A model generated the notes under the pieces. The model saw only the letters and a list, made by a program, of their open reading frames with translations, had not been told where the DNA came from and searched no databases. 45,421 nucleotides of DNA from Flavobacterium beibuense (lineage in GTDB: Bacteria > Bacteroidota > Bacteroidia > Flavobacteriales > Flavobacteriaceae). The stretch is taken from the NCBI GenBank assembly GCA_040393445.1, contig JBEBUB010000001.1, forward strand, positions 1 through 45,421, written 5' to 3'. Both the position numbers and the translations under genes were made by a program. Positions 1 through 9,336 of this stretch are shown here, one piece after another. The number at the start of each line of letters is the position of its first letter. Position 1 is the first letter of the stretch.

Positions 1-51
<51 letters not shown>

Positions 52-69
52 ATGTCTCATTTGAGAGTG

Positions 70-100
70 CAAATATACAAAATATTTTTCATACGCCAAA
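70..100 (-). promoter_or_regulatory. Bacteroidota sigma-A promoter of tRNA-His
   Basis: TTTG (100-97) - 19 nt - TATATTTG (77-70), an exact match to the -33/-7 consensus. Confidence 0.85.
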
Positions 101-102
101 TT

Positions 103-819
103 TTATATCAAATCTGACAAACTATTTACAGCAACATATCGCTCTACGGTGAAACCCTCAGCATATTCCACACCAATCAAGCGACCTAAATCTTTGGCTC
201 GATACTCTATGCTGTCCTGAAAATTTTGAGTTGCAATCGGAGTGACAGGTTCGTTGGAATCAGGCTTAAAAAACTGAGAATCATAAGCAAAAACCGCATC
301 TAGCTTCTGTTGCATAAAATCAGAAATATCAACTACAAAATCAGGTTCGATATTCTTCCATTGAATGTAATGATACACAACTTTGGGTCTGTGGACTTCT
401 TGTTTTTGTCCGTCCAGTTGTGTTTCAATCATTCGTAGACCAGATAAAAAACAAGCATCAGAGACTAATTTACTTCCTTTTCCATGATCGATATGTCTGT
501 CGTCTATAGCATTGCACAGAATAATTTCAGGTTTGTATTTACGAATCATTTTGATGACTTCGAGTTGGTGTTTTTCGTCATTTATGAAAAATCCATCTCT
601 GAATTTGAGATTTTCACGGACAGAAACACCTAAAATCTCAGAAGCTTTGGCTGCTTCCTGATATCGCTTTTCTACAGAGCCTCGAGTGCCTAATTCTCCT
701 TGAGTCAAATCGATTATCCCGACCTTTTTGCCTAAGGAAATTTCTTTGGCCAAAGTGCCGGAACAGCCCAATTCTACATCGTCAGGATGAGCCCCAAAAG
801 CTAATATATCTAATTTCAT
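103..819 (-). CDS. bshB1: bacillithiol biosynthesis deacetylase BshB1 (PIG-L family)
   Basis: AHPDDVE Zn motif, DLTxGELGTRG, DRHIDH and the C-terminal YAEGF. Confidence 0.9.
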   Translation of the reverse strand: MKLDILAFGAHPDDVELGCSGTLAKEISLGKKVGIIDLTQGELGTRGSVEKRYQEAAKASEILGVSVRENLKFRDGFFINDEKHQLEVIKMIRKYKPEIILCNAIDDRHIDHGKGSKLVSDACFLSGLRMIETQLDGQKQEVHRPKVVYHYIQWKNIEPDFVVDISDFMQQKLDAVFAYDSQFFKPDSNEPVTPIATQNFQDSIEYRAKDLGRLIGVEYAEGFTVERYVAVNSLSDLI

Positions 820-846
820 TTTTTGTAGGTTCTAGATTTATAGAAA

Positions 847-854
847 CAAAGATA
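847..854 (-). promoter_or_regulatory. -7 promoter element upstream of bshB1
   Basis: TATCTTTG on the minus strand, 28 nt before the ATG; no clear -33. Confidence 0.55.
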
Positions 855-861
855 CGAAGAA

Positions 862-1908
862 TTAAAAAAGGCTTTTCATTGTGACAGATTTGTTTACGGT
901 TTCAAAGAATTCCTTTTCAGGTATGCTGTCTTTGGTGATTCCGCAACCAATATAAAAACTTACTTTTTTGTCTTGGGTTTCCATGCAACGTAGGTTAACA
1001 TACAATTCAGAAGTTTTATTCTCTCCCATGTTGAGTTCTCCCAAAAACCCGGAATAAAATCGTCTGTCATAACCTTCATTAATAAGGATGTATTGTTTGG
1101 CTAACTCTTTTGGAAAACCACATACAGCCGGAGTAGGGTGAAGTTTTTGAATAATTTTTTCTAATGAAAAATTGTTTTTTAATTGAGCTTTAATATCTGT
1201 TCGGATGTGTAAAAGTGTACCGGCCTGAGATGTAAAAGGTTCAGATAACTCTATGTTTTCTGCTTCAGAACCGAGATTTTCTACAATAAAATCGGTTACA
1301 AATTGTTGTTCTTGCTTTTCTTTTTCCCCCCAAACGACCTCTGTTTTTCCTTCGTATTTTTGAGTTCCGGCATAAGCCATGGTTTGCAAAATGTTGTTGT
1401 TTACAGATAGTAGTTTTTCAGGAGTGGCTCCGAGCCATAGTCCTATTTCTGGATGATAAAAGCAATAACGAAATGCAGTTGGGTATTTATGGAATAACTT
1501 TTTAAAAAGTTGAATTATGTCTAAATCATTAGGGGAAAAATCTTCTTTTCGAGAAGCTACAATTTTGCTTATTTGCCCTTTTTCAATCTCGAAAATCATG
1601 TTTTCAACGAGTTTTTCGAAATGTGCTTTGTCAGATTCAGTATAGGATGTATCCAGCGATGATGAATACTCATTATCTTCTTCTTGATTCCAAAGTTCTT
1701 GTATAACTTCTGAATCGTTAAAAGGGATTAAAATCGTTTTTAAGGAATTGTCAAACGGAGCAAAAACAAATCCTTCTTGTGTGAAATTCTCTAGGTAGTT
1801 CAGACTTTTATTTTTCTGAAAAATACCACATAATTCATTAGAATTGGGTTTTGCATATACTACAAAAGGAACCTTTTCAGAAAGATTTTTTTGAACTGTT
1901 TTAAGCAT
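862..1908 (-). CDS. menF: isochorismate synthase (chorismate-binding enzyme, menaquinone pathway)
   Basis: GATPE, AGT, KExxEQ, LHPTPAVCG, YSGFLG, VNLRC and GCGIT motifs. Start moved to ATG 1908, which overlaps the upstream stop. Confidence 0.8.
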   Translation of the reverse strand: MLKTVQKNLSEKVPFVVYAKPNSNELCGIFQKNKSLNYLENFTQEGFVFAPFDNSLKTILIPFNDSEVIQELWNQEEDNEYSSSLDTSYTESDKAHFEKLVENMIFEIEKGQISKIVASRKEDFSPNDLDIIQLFKKLFHKYPTAFRYCFYHPEIGLWLGATPEKLLSVNNNILQTMAYAGTQKYEGKTEVVWGEKEKQEQQFVTDFIVENLGSEAENIELSEPFTSQAGTLLHIRTDIKAQLKNNFSLEKIIQKLHPTPAVCGFPKELAKQYILINEGYDRRFYSGFLGELNMGENKTSELYVNLRCMETQDKKVSFYIGCGITKDSIPEKEFFETVNKSVTMKSLF

Positions 1909-2326
1909 TTTTTGGAAGCACAATATTGGTTAGTTTACAGAGAGAAATTAAGTTGTCGTCTTCGTCTGTGATTTTTATTTCCCAAAGGTGAATGGTTTTT
2001 CCCCGATGGATAATTTTAGCTGTGGCAAAAACGGTTCCTTCTTTTTTGCTTTTCAGGTGATTAGAAGAGATTTCGATTCCTCTAACTTCAAACTTTGAAA
2101 CATCTATAAACATCAAAGAAGCTGCACTACCAACGCTCTCAGCCAATGCTACAGAGGCTCCGCCATGAAGTAGTCCCATAGGCTGATGAACTCTTGAATT
2201 TACGGGCATTTTAGCTTTAAGAAAGTCTTCACCCATATCAATATACTCTATTTCTAAAGTCTCCATTAGGGTGTTTTTGCAAATCTTTTTTGAGAATTCT
2301 AGAAATTCTTCTTTAGTGAAATTCAT
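1901..2326 (-). CDS. menI: PaaI hotdog thioesterase, likely DHNA-CoA hydrolase (MenI/YdiI-like)
   Basis: HQPMGLLHGGASVALAESVGS motif; coupled to isochorismate synthase. Confidence 0.75.
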   Translation of the reverse strand: MNFTKEEFLEFSKKICKNTLMETLEIEYIDMGEDFLKAKMPVNSRVHQPMGLLHGGASVALAESVGSAASLMFIDVSKFEVRGIEISSNHLKSKKEGTVFATAKIIHRGKTIHLWEIKITDEDDNLISLCKLTNIVLPKNA

Positions 2327-2368
2327 ATAGAAATTTTTAGATGATAAAATTACACAATTCTAAGGCAT

Positions 2369-2402
2369 AAAAAAACTGCCTGAATCACTTCAGGCAGTTT
2401 TT
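2369..2402 (-). terminator. intrinsic terminator of ompA (may be bidirectional)
   Basis: AAAAACTGCCTGAA-TCAC-TTCAGGCAGTTTTT perfect hairpin with A/T tails. Confidence 0.9.
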
Positions 2403-2423
2403 AGAATTTTATTAACTATAAGA

Positions 2424-3839
2424 TTATTTTACTTGGAAAGTAACTCTTCTTACTAGTTTACGAGCTCCAGCTGATGAAGGCTCAACTGATTTGTCTTCTC
2501 CACGAGAAATAACATTCAATCTTGAAGCATCAATTCCAGCTTTTACTAGGATTTCTTTTACGCTTTCCGCTCTCTTATTAGCCAAAGTGTAGTTGTATTT
2601 TTCTGGGCCTATTTCGTCTGCATGTCCGAAGATATCTACAGATTTATCAGGATTGTTTATCAAATAAGTACGGATAAAGTCAATTCCGTGAGTTGATACG
2701 TTAGTAGGCTGTGTTTTGTTGAAGTCGAAATAAGTAGTCACATAACCTCTGTTGATTAAGTCAACAACTGCTTCAGCTTCTTTTGCTTTTTCACCTTCAA
2801 GTTTAGTAATAGCAGTTCCGTATTTGTTTTCGAAATAAGTCTCTAACTCATCTGGAACACCATTTCCGTTTGTATCAACAGTTCTACCTTTAGTATCAAC
2901 TGCTACACCAGGGATAGAGTTTGGCTCTGCATCAAGATAATCTGGCACTCCATCTTTATCAGAGTCAACAAGCATAGCCTCTAGTTCAGCAATTCTGCTT
3001 TCTAATGAAGTAAGTTCATCATTAGTTTTATTGTCATTTACATACCAGTCTGCGTGAGTTTTCTTACCTAAATAATAAGTAACCCCTACAGAAGCATTTA
3101 AGATAGGTGCAAACATTTTAAAATATTTAGCAGAAGGATCTACAGCAGAAGCAGTTACAGTTTGGTCTGGTACTACTACTGTAATATTTACAGCTCCAGT
3201 TTGTCCGTTAACTGTTGCTGTACCTGTACCAGGGTAGCTTCCTCCAGGAGCAGTTGCAGTTACGTTAATATATTTCGTATCACGTTGCCCTCCGTTGAAA
3301 GTTTGATCTTGACCAAAGTTGTTTAAAGCAGTTCCGTCTAAAGTAACAGCAAAACGATCACTTAATCTGAACTGTAAAGTCAAACCAGCCATAGCTGTTA
3401 GAACAGGATCATCTTTAAAATCAGTATTGTAAGACCCATAAGCTCCTCCAGCATGTGCTAATAGACCAATGGTATTTGTCCAATCTTGAAAATCTAATAC
3501 TCTTCCTAGATTTACTACTCCTTGTAATCCAACACGCCACATGTTAGCATCGTATGCAGGTCCGCTAGCTTCGTTGAAAGTGTCATATCCAAAATCTAAT
3601 TTTAGACCTGCTTTTGTACTAAGCATATAACGTACACCTACATCAAAGTGTCTGAAGCCCACTCCGTTATTATAACCTTGGTTGAAGTTAACTCCCCACA
3701 TTCCAATGGCTTTGTTAAAACCTCCGTTGGCTTCAATTGACCATCTGTTATAGTCAACTCGCTTTTCTTTTTCGGTTTCTTGTGCATTAACAATCGTAAA
3801 AGATGTTAAAGCTAGAACTGATAAAATGATTTTTTTCAT
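2424..3839 (-). CDS. ompA: OmpA family outer membrane protein (beta-barrel, TSP3-like Ca repeats, OmpA_C domain)
   Basis: Signal peptide MKKIILS..NA-QE (start moved to 3839), amphipathic strands, DSDKDGVPDYLD and DTNGNGVPD repeats, YFDF..GHAD..N..LANKRA..V and RRV C-terminal domain. Confidence 0.9.
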   Translation of the reverse strand: MKKIILSVLALTSFTIVNAQETEKEKRVDYNRWSIEANGGFNKAIGMWGVNFNQGYNNGVGFRHFDVGVRYMLSTKAGLKLDFGYDTFNEASGPAYDANMWRVGLQGVVNLGRVLDFQDWTNTIGLLAHAGGAYGSYNTDFKDDPVLTAMAGLTLQFRLSDRFAVTLDGTALNNFGQDQTFNGGQRDTKYINVTATAPGGSYPGTGTATVNGQTGAVNITVVVPDQTVTASAVDPSAKYFKMFAPILNASVGVTYYLGKKTHADWYVNDNKTNDELTSLESRIAELEAMLVDSDKDGVPDYLDAEPNSIPGVAVDTKGRTVDTNGNGVPDELETYFENKYGTAITKLEGEKAKEAEAVVDLINRGYVTTYFDFNKTQPTNVSTHGIDFIRTYLINNPDKSVDIFGHADEIGPEKYNYTLANKRAESVKEILVKAGIDASRLNVISRGEDKSVEPSSAGARKLVRRVTFQVK

Positions 3840-3874
3840 ATCCGTACGATTAAATTTAAAATCTAATTTTTCTG

Positions 3875-3882
3875 CAAAGTTA
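3875..3882 (-). promoter_or_regulatory. -7 promoter element of ompA
   Basis: TAACTTTG 36 nt upstream of ATG 3839. Confidence 0.6.
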
Positions 3883-3990
3883 TTCTTTCTTTCCAAAGAA
3901 AAAAATTTATTTCTTATTTTTTACATAAAATCAATCTATTTTGAATAGAAAAAGGTCTTTTTTGAATTAAAAATCATTTTCCTTTTTTGA

Positions 3991-4821
3991 TTATTCAGCA
4001 ATTCCTATTGAGAAATTTGTTAAAATCTCTTTAAGGTTAGATTGATAATTTTCAGGAATCATTATTTCGATTCCTAGATCAGGAATTTCTTCCAAATGAT
4101 ATTCTATGTTTGTGTCAGCAAATATCATACCTATATTGTTCGCATAATATTGATTTGATGAAATTACTTTTTGTGTGTCTAATACGGTATAAGGAATTTG
4201 AATTCCCATAAATGTTATCACAAAGTCAATTTTTAAAGAAAATGTTAAGTTAACAATTTTAACATCGTTATAAGTTGAACCATTTTCTAAAGTAAAAGAT
4301 TCTAAATTCCCTTCTGAGGTAGAGGATAGATTATATTCTACATCTAGTGCATACTCTCCGAAATTTTGATAAACTTCACCTGATTCAGAACTTAATAAAT
4401 TTCCTTGAGAAGCCTCAGTGTCGAGTACGACAAAATTGGTGAGGTTAAAAGTTAAGCCTTCCATACCACCAAGCATTTCTCCTATATTAATAGTTCCGGT
4501 ATAAAGTGTTTTTGAATTGCTAGAAGATAATTTTCCTGTTGTAAGGAGTGTAGAGTAAAAACCAGTAGGAGCAGATTGAGTGGCAAATGTCTTATATGTG
4601 TTTCCGTTTTCTGTGGTTTCTCCACTTACATATAAATAATCTTCTCCTGAGAGACCTTCACCTTGAACATCATATACCCAATAGTCCCCAACATTTTGAG
4701 GAAAATACCCCAATTGTGGAATATTTGGGTCATTATTATTCCCAGAATTGTCATCTGAGGAACAAGCTAATGAAATTACTCCTATAAATAATAGTAATAT
4801 GATGCTCTTAATTTTGCTCAT
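3991..4821 (-). CDS. hypothetical lipoprotein, acidic and beta-rich
   Basis: Lipobox SLA-C followed by SSDDN; YFPxxxGxYWxY motif typical of Bacteroidota lipoproteins. Confidence 0.75.
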   Translation of the reverse strand: MSKIKSIILLLFIGVISLACSSDDNSGNNNDPNIPQLGYFPQNVGDYWVYDVQGEGLSGEDYLYVSGETTENGNTYKTFATQSAPTGFYSTLLTTGKLSSSNSKTLYTGTINIGEMLGGMEGLTFNLTNFVVLDTEASQGNLLSSESGEVYQNFGEYALDVEYNLSSTSEGNLESFTLENGSTYNDVKIVNLTFSLKIDFVITFMGIQIPYTVLDTQKVISSNQYYANNIGMIFADTNIEYHLEEIPDLGIEIMIPENYQSNLKEILTNFSIGIAE

Positions 4822-4840
4822 TAGTATATTTGTTTTACGA

Positions 4841-5494
4841 TTAGAGTTTCATCTCAGGAGTATCTCCTTCTATAATAAGGTCTGCTTCGGTAGCTTTGAT
4901 AATATCTTCCACAGAAACTCCCGGAGCTCTTTCCAAAAGTTTAAATCCTTTCGGAGTAATTTCCAATACGGCCAATTCGGTTACTACTTTCTTTACACAG
5001 TTTACACCTGTAAGTGGAAGCGTACATTTTTTAAGAATTTTGCTTTCTCCCGCTTTATTGACATGCATCATAGCCACGATGATGTTTTCGGCTGAAGCTA
5101 CCAAATCCATAGCGCCGCCCATTCCTTTTACCATTTTTCCGGGAATTTTCCAATTGGCAATATCTCCGTTTTCGGAAACTTCCATAGCTCCTAGGATGGT
5201 TAAGTCAACATGTTTTCCGCGAATCATCCCAAAACTCATAGCCGAATCAAAAAAACTAGCTCCTTTAAGAGTAGTGATGGTTTGTTTTCCTGCATTGATA
5301 ACATCTGCATCTTCTTCTCCTTCAAAAGGAAATGGCCCCATACCGAGAACTCCGTTTTCACTTTGGAATTCAACGTTGATTCCTTCAGGGATATAATTAG
5401 CTACCAAAGTCGGGATTCCGATTCCGAGGTTTACGAAATATCCATCTTTAAGTTCTTGTGCAATTCGTTTAGCAATTCCTACTTTATCTAACAT
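4841..5494 (-). CDS. scoB: succinyl-CoA:3-oxoacid CoA-transferase subunit B
   Basis: VNLGIGIPT, catalytic QSENG and GMGGAMDL motifs. Confidence 0.92.
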   Translation of the reverse strand: MLDKVGIAKRIAQELKDGYFVNLGIGIPTLVANYIPEGINVEFQSENGVLGMGPFPFEGEEDADVINAGKQTITTLKGASFFDSAMSFGMIRGKHVDLTILGAMEVSENGDIANWKIPGKMVKGMGGAMDLVASAENIIVAMMHVNKAGESKILKKCTLPLTGVNCVKKVVTELAVLEITPKGFKLLERAPGVSVEDIIKATEADLIIEGDTPEMKL

Positions 5495-5496
5495 AA

Positions 5497-6198
5497 TTAT
5501 GCTCTTTTTCTTACGGTTCTTTGTTCTATTCTTTTCTCAAATTTTTCTCCTTGAAAGATTCGTTGCACGAAAATTCCCGGAATATGAATTTGATTCGGGT
5601 CTAAGGTTCCTGCAGGAACTAATTCTTCTACTTCTGCAATAGTGATTTTAGCAGCACCACACATACATGGGTTAAAGTTTCTAGCAGTTCCTTTAAAGAT
5701 AAGATTTCCGGCTTCGTCACCTTTCCAAGCTTTTACTACAGCATAATCTGCTTCGTAGGCATACTCCAAAATATGAGGTTTTCCGTTGAAAATTTTCACT
5801 TCTTTTCCTTCTGCTACTTCGGTTCCGTATCCGGCAGGGGTATAAAAAGCAGGTATTCCGGCTTGAGCAGCTCTACATTTTTCAGCCAAAGTTCCTTGTG
5901 GTGTAAGTTCCACTTCTAGTTCTCCGCTAAGCATCTGACGTTCGAATTCTGCATTTTCCCCAACATAAGAAGCAATCATTTTTTTGATTTGTCTTTTGTG
6001 TAGGAGTAATCCTAATCCGAAATCATCAACTCCTGCATTGTTTGAAATACAAGTAAGATTCTTTACTCCTTTTTGAACTAGATGATGAATAGAGTTCTCA
6101 GGAATACCACATAAACCAAAACCTCCAAACATAATTGTGAGATTGTCTTCGATGCCCTGAAGAGCTTCTTCAACGGAGTTTACCTTTTTATTTATCAT
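5497..6198 (-). CDS. scoA: succinyl-CoA:3-oxoacid CoA-transferase subunit A
   Basis: [21 protein letters not shown] and ARNFNP motifs. Confidence 0.92.
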   Translation of the reverse strand: MINKKVNSVEEALQGIEDNLTIMFGGFGLCGIPENSIHHLVQKGVKNLTCISNNAGVDDFGLGLLLHKRQIKKMIASYVGENAEFERQMLSGELEVELTPQGTLAEKCRAAQAGIPAFYTPAGYGTEVAEGKEVKIFNGKPHILEYAYEADYAVVKAWKGDEAGNLIFKGTARNFNPCMCGAAKITIAEVEELVPAGTLDPNQIHIPGIFVQRIFQGEKFEKRIEQRTVRKRA

Positions 6199-6283
6199 AA
6201 TTTTTTTAACTATAATTTTTAAGGGGTAAAAATAGAAATTTTTTTTATAATTCCCCTTATAATATAAGTATAACTGAATTTCG

Positions 6284-6291
6284 TACCTTTG
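6284..6291 (+). promoter_or_regulatory. -7 promoter element of manC
   Basis: TACCTTTG 17 nt before the ATG. Confidence 0.6.
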
Positions 6292-6308
6292 GGGGCGATA
6301 TTGATTTT

Positions 6309-7370
6309 ATGAAAAAAGATAAAAATTTCTACGCTATATTAATGGCAGGAGGAATCGGTTCAAGATTTTGGCCTGTCTCTACTTCTGATTTTCCGAAGCA
6401 GTTCCACGATATGTTAGGAACAGGGGAAACGCTTTTGCAGAAAACTTTTTCCCGTTTGCAGAAAATCATTCCGACAGAAAATATTTTGGTGTTAACCAAT
6501 CAGAAATATAATGATTTGGTTCTGCAACAGCTGAATATCAATCAAAATCAGGTGATTTTAGAGCCGGCTATGCGAAATACAGCTCCTTGTATTTTGTATG
6601 CTTCGATGAAAATCCATAAACTTAATCCGGATGCTCAGATAGTTGTGGCTCCGTCAGATCATTGGATAAAAGACGAAAATTCATTTGTTCAACACCTGAA
6701 ACAATCTTTCGATTTTTCTGCTAATAACGATGCTTTAATGACTTTGGGGATTGAACCTACGTTCCCCAACACGGGTTATGGCTATATCGAATACGATAAA
6801 CTAGATGAAAATGCGATTAAAAAAGTGAAGCAATTCCGTGAAAAACCTAATCTGAAAACCGCTCAAGATTTTTTGGATAGCGGAAACTTTTTGTGGAATG
6901 CCGGAATTTTTATTTGGTCTGCAGATTCTGTATTAGCTTCGTTTAAAAAATATCAACCTGACTTGTTTTCTCTTTTTGAAGAAGGAAACGACTTTTATAA
7001 TACGCCAAACGAGGCTTCTTTTATTGAAGAGAATTATCCGAAATCAGAAAACATTTCGATTGATTACGCTATTTTAGAAAAAGCTGATAATGTTTATGTT
7101 CTTCCTTCTGTTTTTGATTGGAATGACCTCGGAACTTGGGGTTCGCTCTATGAAAAACTTCCGAAAAACGAAAATAAAAACGCCATTGTCAACGCTAATG
7201 TGATTTCAGAGAAGTCTAAAAACAACATCATCAGAACCGAAGGTAAAAAGCTTGTGGTTCTTAAAGGTTTGAGTAATTATATTGTTGTAGAAACTGATGA
7301 TGTGCTAATGATTTATCCGAAAAAAGAAGAACAAAACATTAAGGAAATCGTCCAGAAAAACGGTTTGTAA
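6309..7370 (+). CDS. manC: mannose-1-phosphate guanylyltransferase
   Basis: MAGGIGSRFWP..PKQF, EP..RNTAP, PSDH, FREKP, WNAGIF, SIDYA and WNDLGTW motifs. Confidence 0.92.
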   Translation: MKKDKNFYAILMAGGIGSRFWPVSTSDFPKQFHDMLGTGETLLQKTFSRLQKIIPTENILVLTNQKYNDLVLQQLNINQNQVILEPAMRNTAPCILYASMKIHKLNPDAQIVVAPSDHWIKDENSFVQHLKQSFDFSANNDALMTLGIEPTFPNTGYGYIEYDKLDENAIKKVKQFREKPNLKTAQDFLDSGNFLWNAGIFIWSADSVLASFKKYQPDLFSLFEEGNDFYNTPNEASFIEENYPKSENISIDYAILEKADNVYVLPSVFDWNDLGTWGSLYEKLPKNENKNAIVNANVISEKSKNNIIRTEGKKLVVLKGLSNYIVVETDDVLMIYPKKEEQNIKEIVQKNGL

Positions 7371-7476
7371 ATAAAAACGATTTTTTTTCTTTTTTTTAAC
7401 TTCAATTCGATTTAAAAGACTTATTTTCGACCACTAAAAAAAGTACGAACAAATTATTTAAATAAATTTATTTATA

Positions 7477-8157
7477 ATGCAAGATTTTGACTGGTTGCAA
7501 CTCATAAACCCTGAATTTTATATCAACATGAAAATCGGAGGAATGTCTATAGGACTCTGGGTAGTGTTGTTTATTGTTTTTGCAGAAACAGGTCTTTTTG
7601 TAGGATTTTTCCTTCCGGGAGATAGTTTATTGTTCTTGTCAGGAATTTATTCTACAGAGCTTGTGAGTCAATTTGTGCATCTTGAAGGAGATTTTATTAA
7701 TGTATTTGTGCTTGCAACTTTAGTAGCTGTGGCGGGAATTCTTGGAAACTCGGTAGGCTATTGGTTTGGAGCTAAAAGCGGTACTTACCTCTACAAAAAA
7801 GAAGATACTTTTTGGTTTAAGAAAAAATATCTTTTTCAATCGAAAGACTTTTTCGCAAAACATGGTGGAAGAGCCATCATCTATGCTCGTTTCTTCCCGA
7901 TTTTCAGAACTTTTGCACCTATTGTAGCAGGAATTGCTGGAATGGATAAGAAACAATTTACGTTGTACAATATCATCAGCTCTGTTCTTTGGGCTTTCAG
8001 TTTGATTTTTGCAGGTCACTACCTAAATGGTTTGGTTGGTCGCATTTTCGGGATAGAACTTAAAGACAATATTGGTCTTATTGTTCTGACTATCGTATTG
8101 ATTACTACAATTCCGGTGATTGTGAAGCTATTCAAAAAGCCTAAAGCTTCACATTAA
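7477..8157 (+). CDS. dedA: DedA family membrane protein
   Basis: FAETGLFVGFFLPGDSLLF and ARFFPIFRTFAP motifs. Confidence 0.9.
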   Translation: MQDFDWLQLINPEFYINMKIGGMSIGLWVVLFIVFAETGLFVGFFLPGDSLLFLSGIYSTELVSQFVHLEGDFINVFVLATLVAVAGILGNSVGYWFGAKSGTYLYKKEDTFWFKKKYLFQSKDFFAKHGGRAIIYARFFPIFRTFAPIVAGIAGMDKKQFTLYNIISSVLWAFSLIFAGHYLNGLVGRIFGIELKDNIGLIVLTIVLITTIPVIVKLFKKPKASH

Positions 8158-8432
8158 TTCAAAAACAAAAAGCTTACAAAAGCTAATACAATTACAGCAA
8201 GTACGATACCTCTTGCCATTAATTCTTTTTTCATGCGAAGTAAGAGGAAGAATACGGCAAGATTTGGTACAGTGCCTAAGGTAATAAGTTTCCCAACCTG
8301 TCCGTGAGATTTTAAAATTTTAAAACCTTCTGCAAAATAATATTCTGTAAAAATTTCTATATAAAGATAGCATCCGATAGCTGCTACAGCTAGTCCGATT
8401 AAAAATCCGTAAAGTAGGTGTATTTTATTCAT
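8154..8432 (-). CDS. small 3-TM hypothetical membrane protein
   Basis: 92 aa with three hydrophobic segments; start overlaps the surE stop. Confidence 0.75.
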   Translation of the reverse strand: MNKIHLLYGFLIGLAVAAIGCYLYIEIFTEYYFAEGFKILKSHGQVGKLITLGTVPNLAVFFLLLRMKKELMARGIVLAVIVLAFVSFLFLN

Positions 8433-9204
8433 TGATATTCCAAGTTGTGTTTAAGGTTTGTATAGCATGATGAGCCGTAAGGTCAAACTGCACCGGGACG
8501 ACTGAAACGTATCCGTTGGCCAGAGCCCATTCGTCTGTGTCTTCTCCTTTGTCGTAATTTACGAATTCTCCTGTTAGCCAATAATAATCTCGATTGTGAG
8601 GACTTGTTCGTTTATCAAAACGCTCTATCCACATGGCTTTAGCTTGACGGCAAATTTTGATTCCTTTGATTTCTTCTTCTTTGATTTTTGGGAAATTTAC
8701 GTTCAGCACAACATCTTTCGGGAGTCCGTTATCCAAAATGTTTTGAATGATTTTTCTGATGTAGATTTTCGTAGGCTCAAAATCTGCATTCCAACCAAAA
8801 TCATCTAATGAAAAACCAACTGCAGGAATTCCTTCGATTCCGGCTTCTAAGGCAGCACTCATCGTTCCTGAATAAATCACGTTGATAGAAGAATTCGAGC
8901 CGTGATTAATACCCGAAACACACAAATCAGGTTTTCTTTTCAGAATTTCGTGTACCGCCATCTTGACACAATCTACCGGAGTGCCCGAACAACTGTATTC
9001 CATAGCAACTTCCGGGTCGATATCTACTTTGTTTAAATATAAAGTCGTGCTTACGGTTATGGCATGTCCTTTTCCTGATTGAGGGCTGTCTGGAGCGACT
9101 ACTATAACTTCTCCAAATTCTTTTGCGATTGAGATTAACATTCGGAGTCCGGGAGCCGAAATTCCGTCGTCATTGGTAACTAAAATAAGAGGTCTATTTT
9201 CCAT
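8425..9204 (-). CDS. surE: 5'/3'-nucleotidase SurE
   Basis: ILVTNDDG, VVAP..QSG, GTPVDCV, SGINHGSN and YSGT motifs. Confidence 0.95.
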   Translation of the reverse strand: MENRPLILVTNDDGISAPGLRMLISIAKEFGEVIVVAPDSPQSGKGHAITVSTTLYLNKVDIDPEVAMEYSCSGTPVDCVKMAVHEILKRKPDLCVSGINHGSNSSINVIYSGTMSAALEAGIEGIPAVGFSLDDFGWNADFEPTKIYIRKIIQNILDNGLPKDVVLNVNFPKIKEEEIKGIKICRQAKAMWIERFDKRTSPHNRDYYWLTGEFVNYDKGEDTDEWALANGYVSVVPVQFDLTAHHAIQTLNTTWNINE

Positions 9205-9224
9205 CTAAAGGCTTTTAATGATTA

Positions 9225-9232
9225 CAAAACTA
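9225..9232 (-). promoter_or_regulatory. -7 promoter element of surE
   Basis: TAGTTTTG on the minus strand, 21 nt before the ATG. Confidence 0.55.
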
Positions 9233-9336
9233 CATAAAATACAATAGATAATTAATCCTTTTTCCCTTTAACAAAAAATTATCTAGCTTTTTTGTTGCTT
9301 GGTATGGTTTTTATGTATCTTAGCCTAAAAGTTAAA

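Noticed and set aside
103-2326. menI-menF-bshB1 as a novel biosynthetic cluster (siderophore or thiol conjugate)
   Set aside because: No NRPS or ent genes are present, bshB1 has its own -7 element, and the genes fit dispersed menaquinone and bacillithiol pathways.
4587-5491. Antisense ORFs over scoB and the lipoprotein (66-166 aa)
   Set aside because: Shadow ORFs of well-conserved genes, with no motifs or expression signals.
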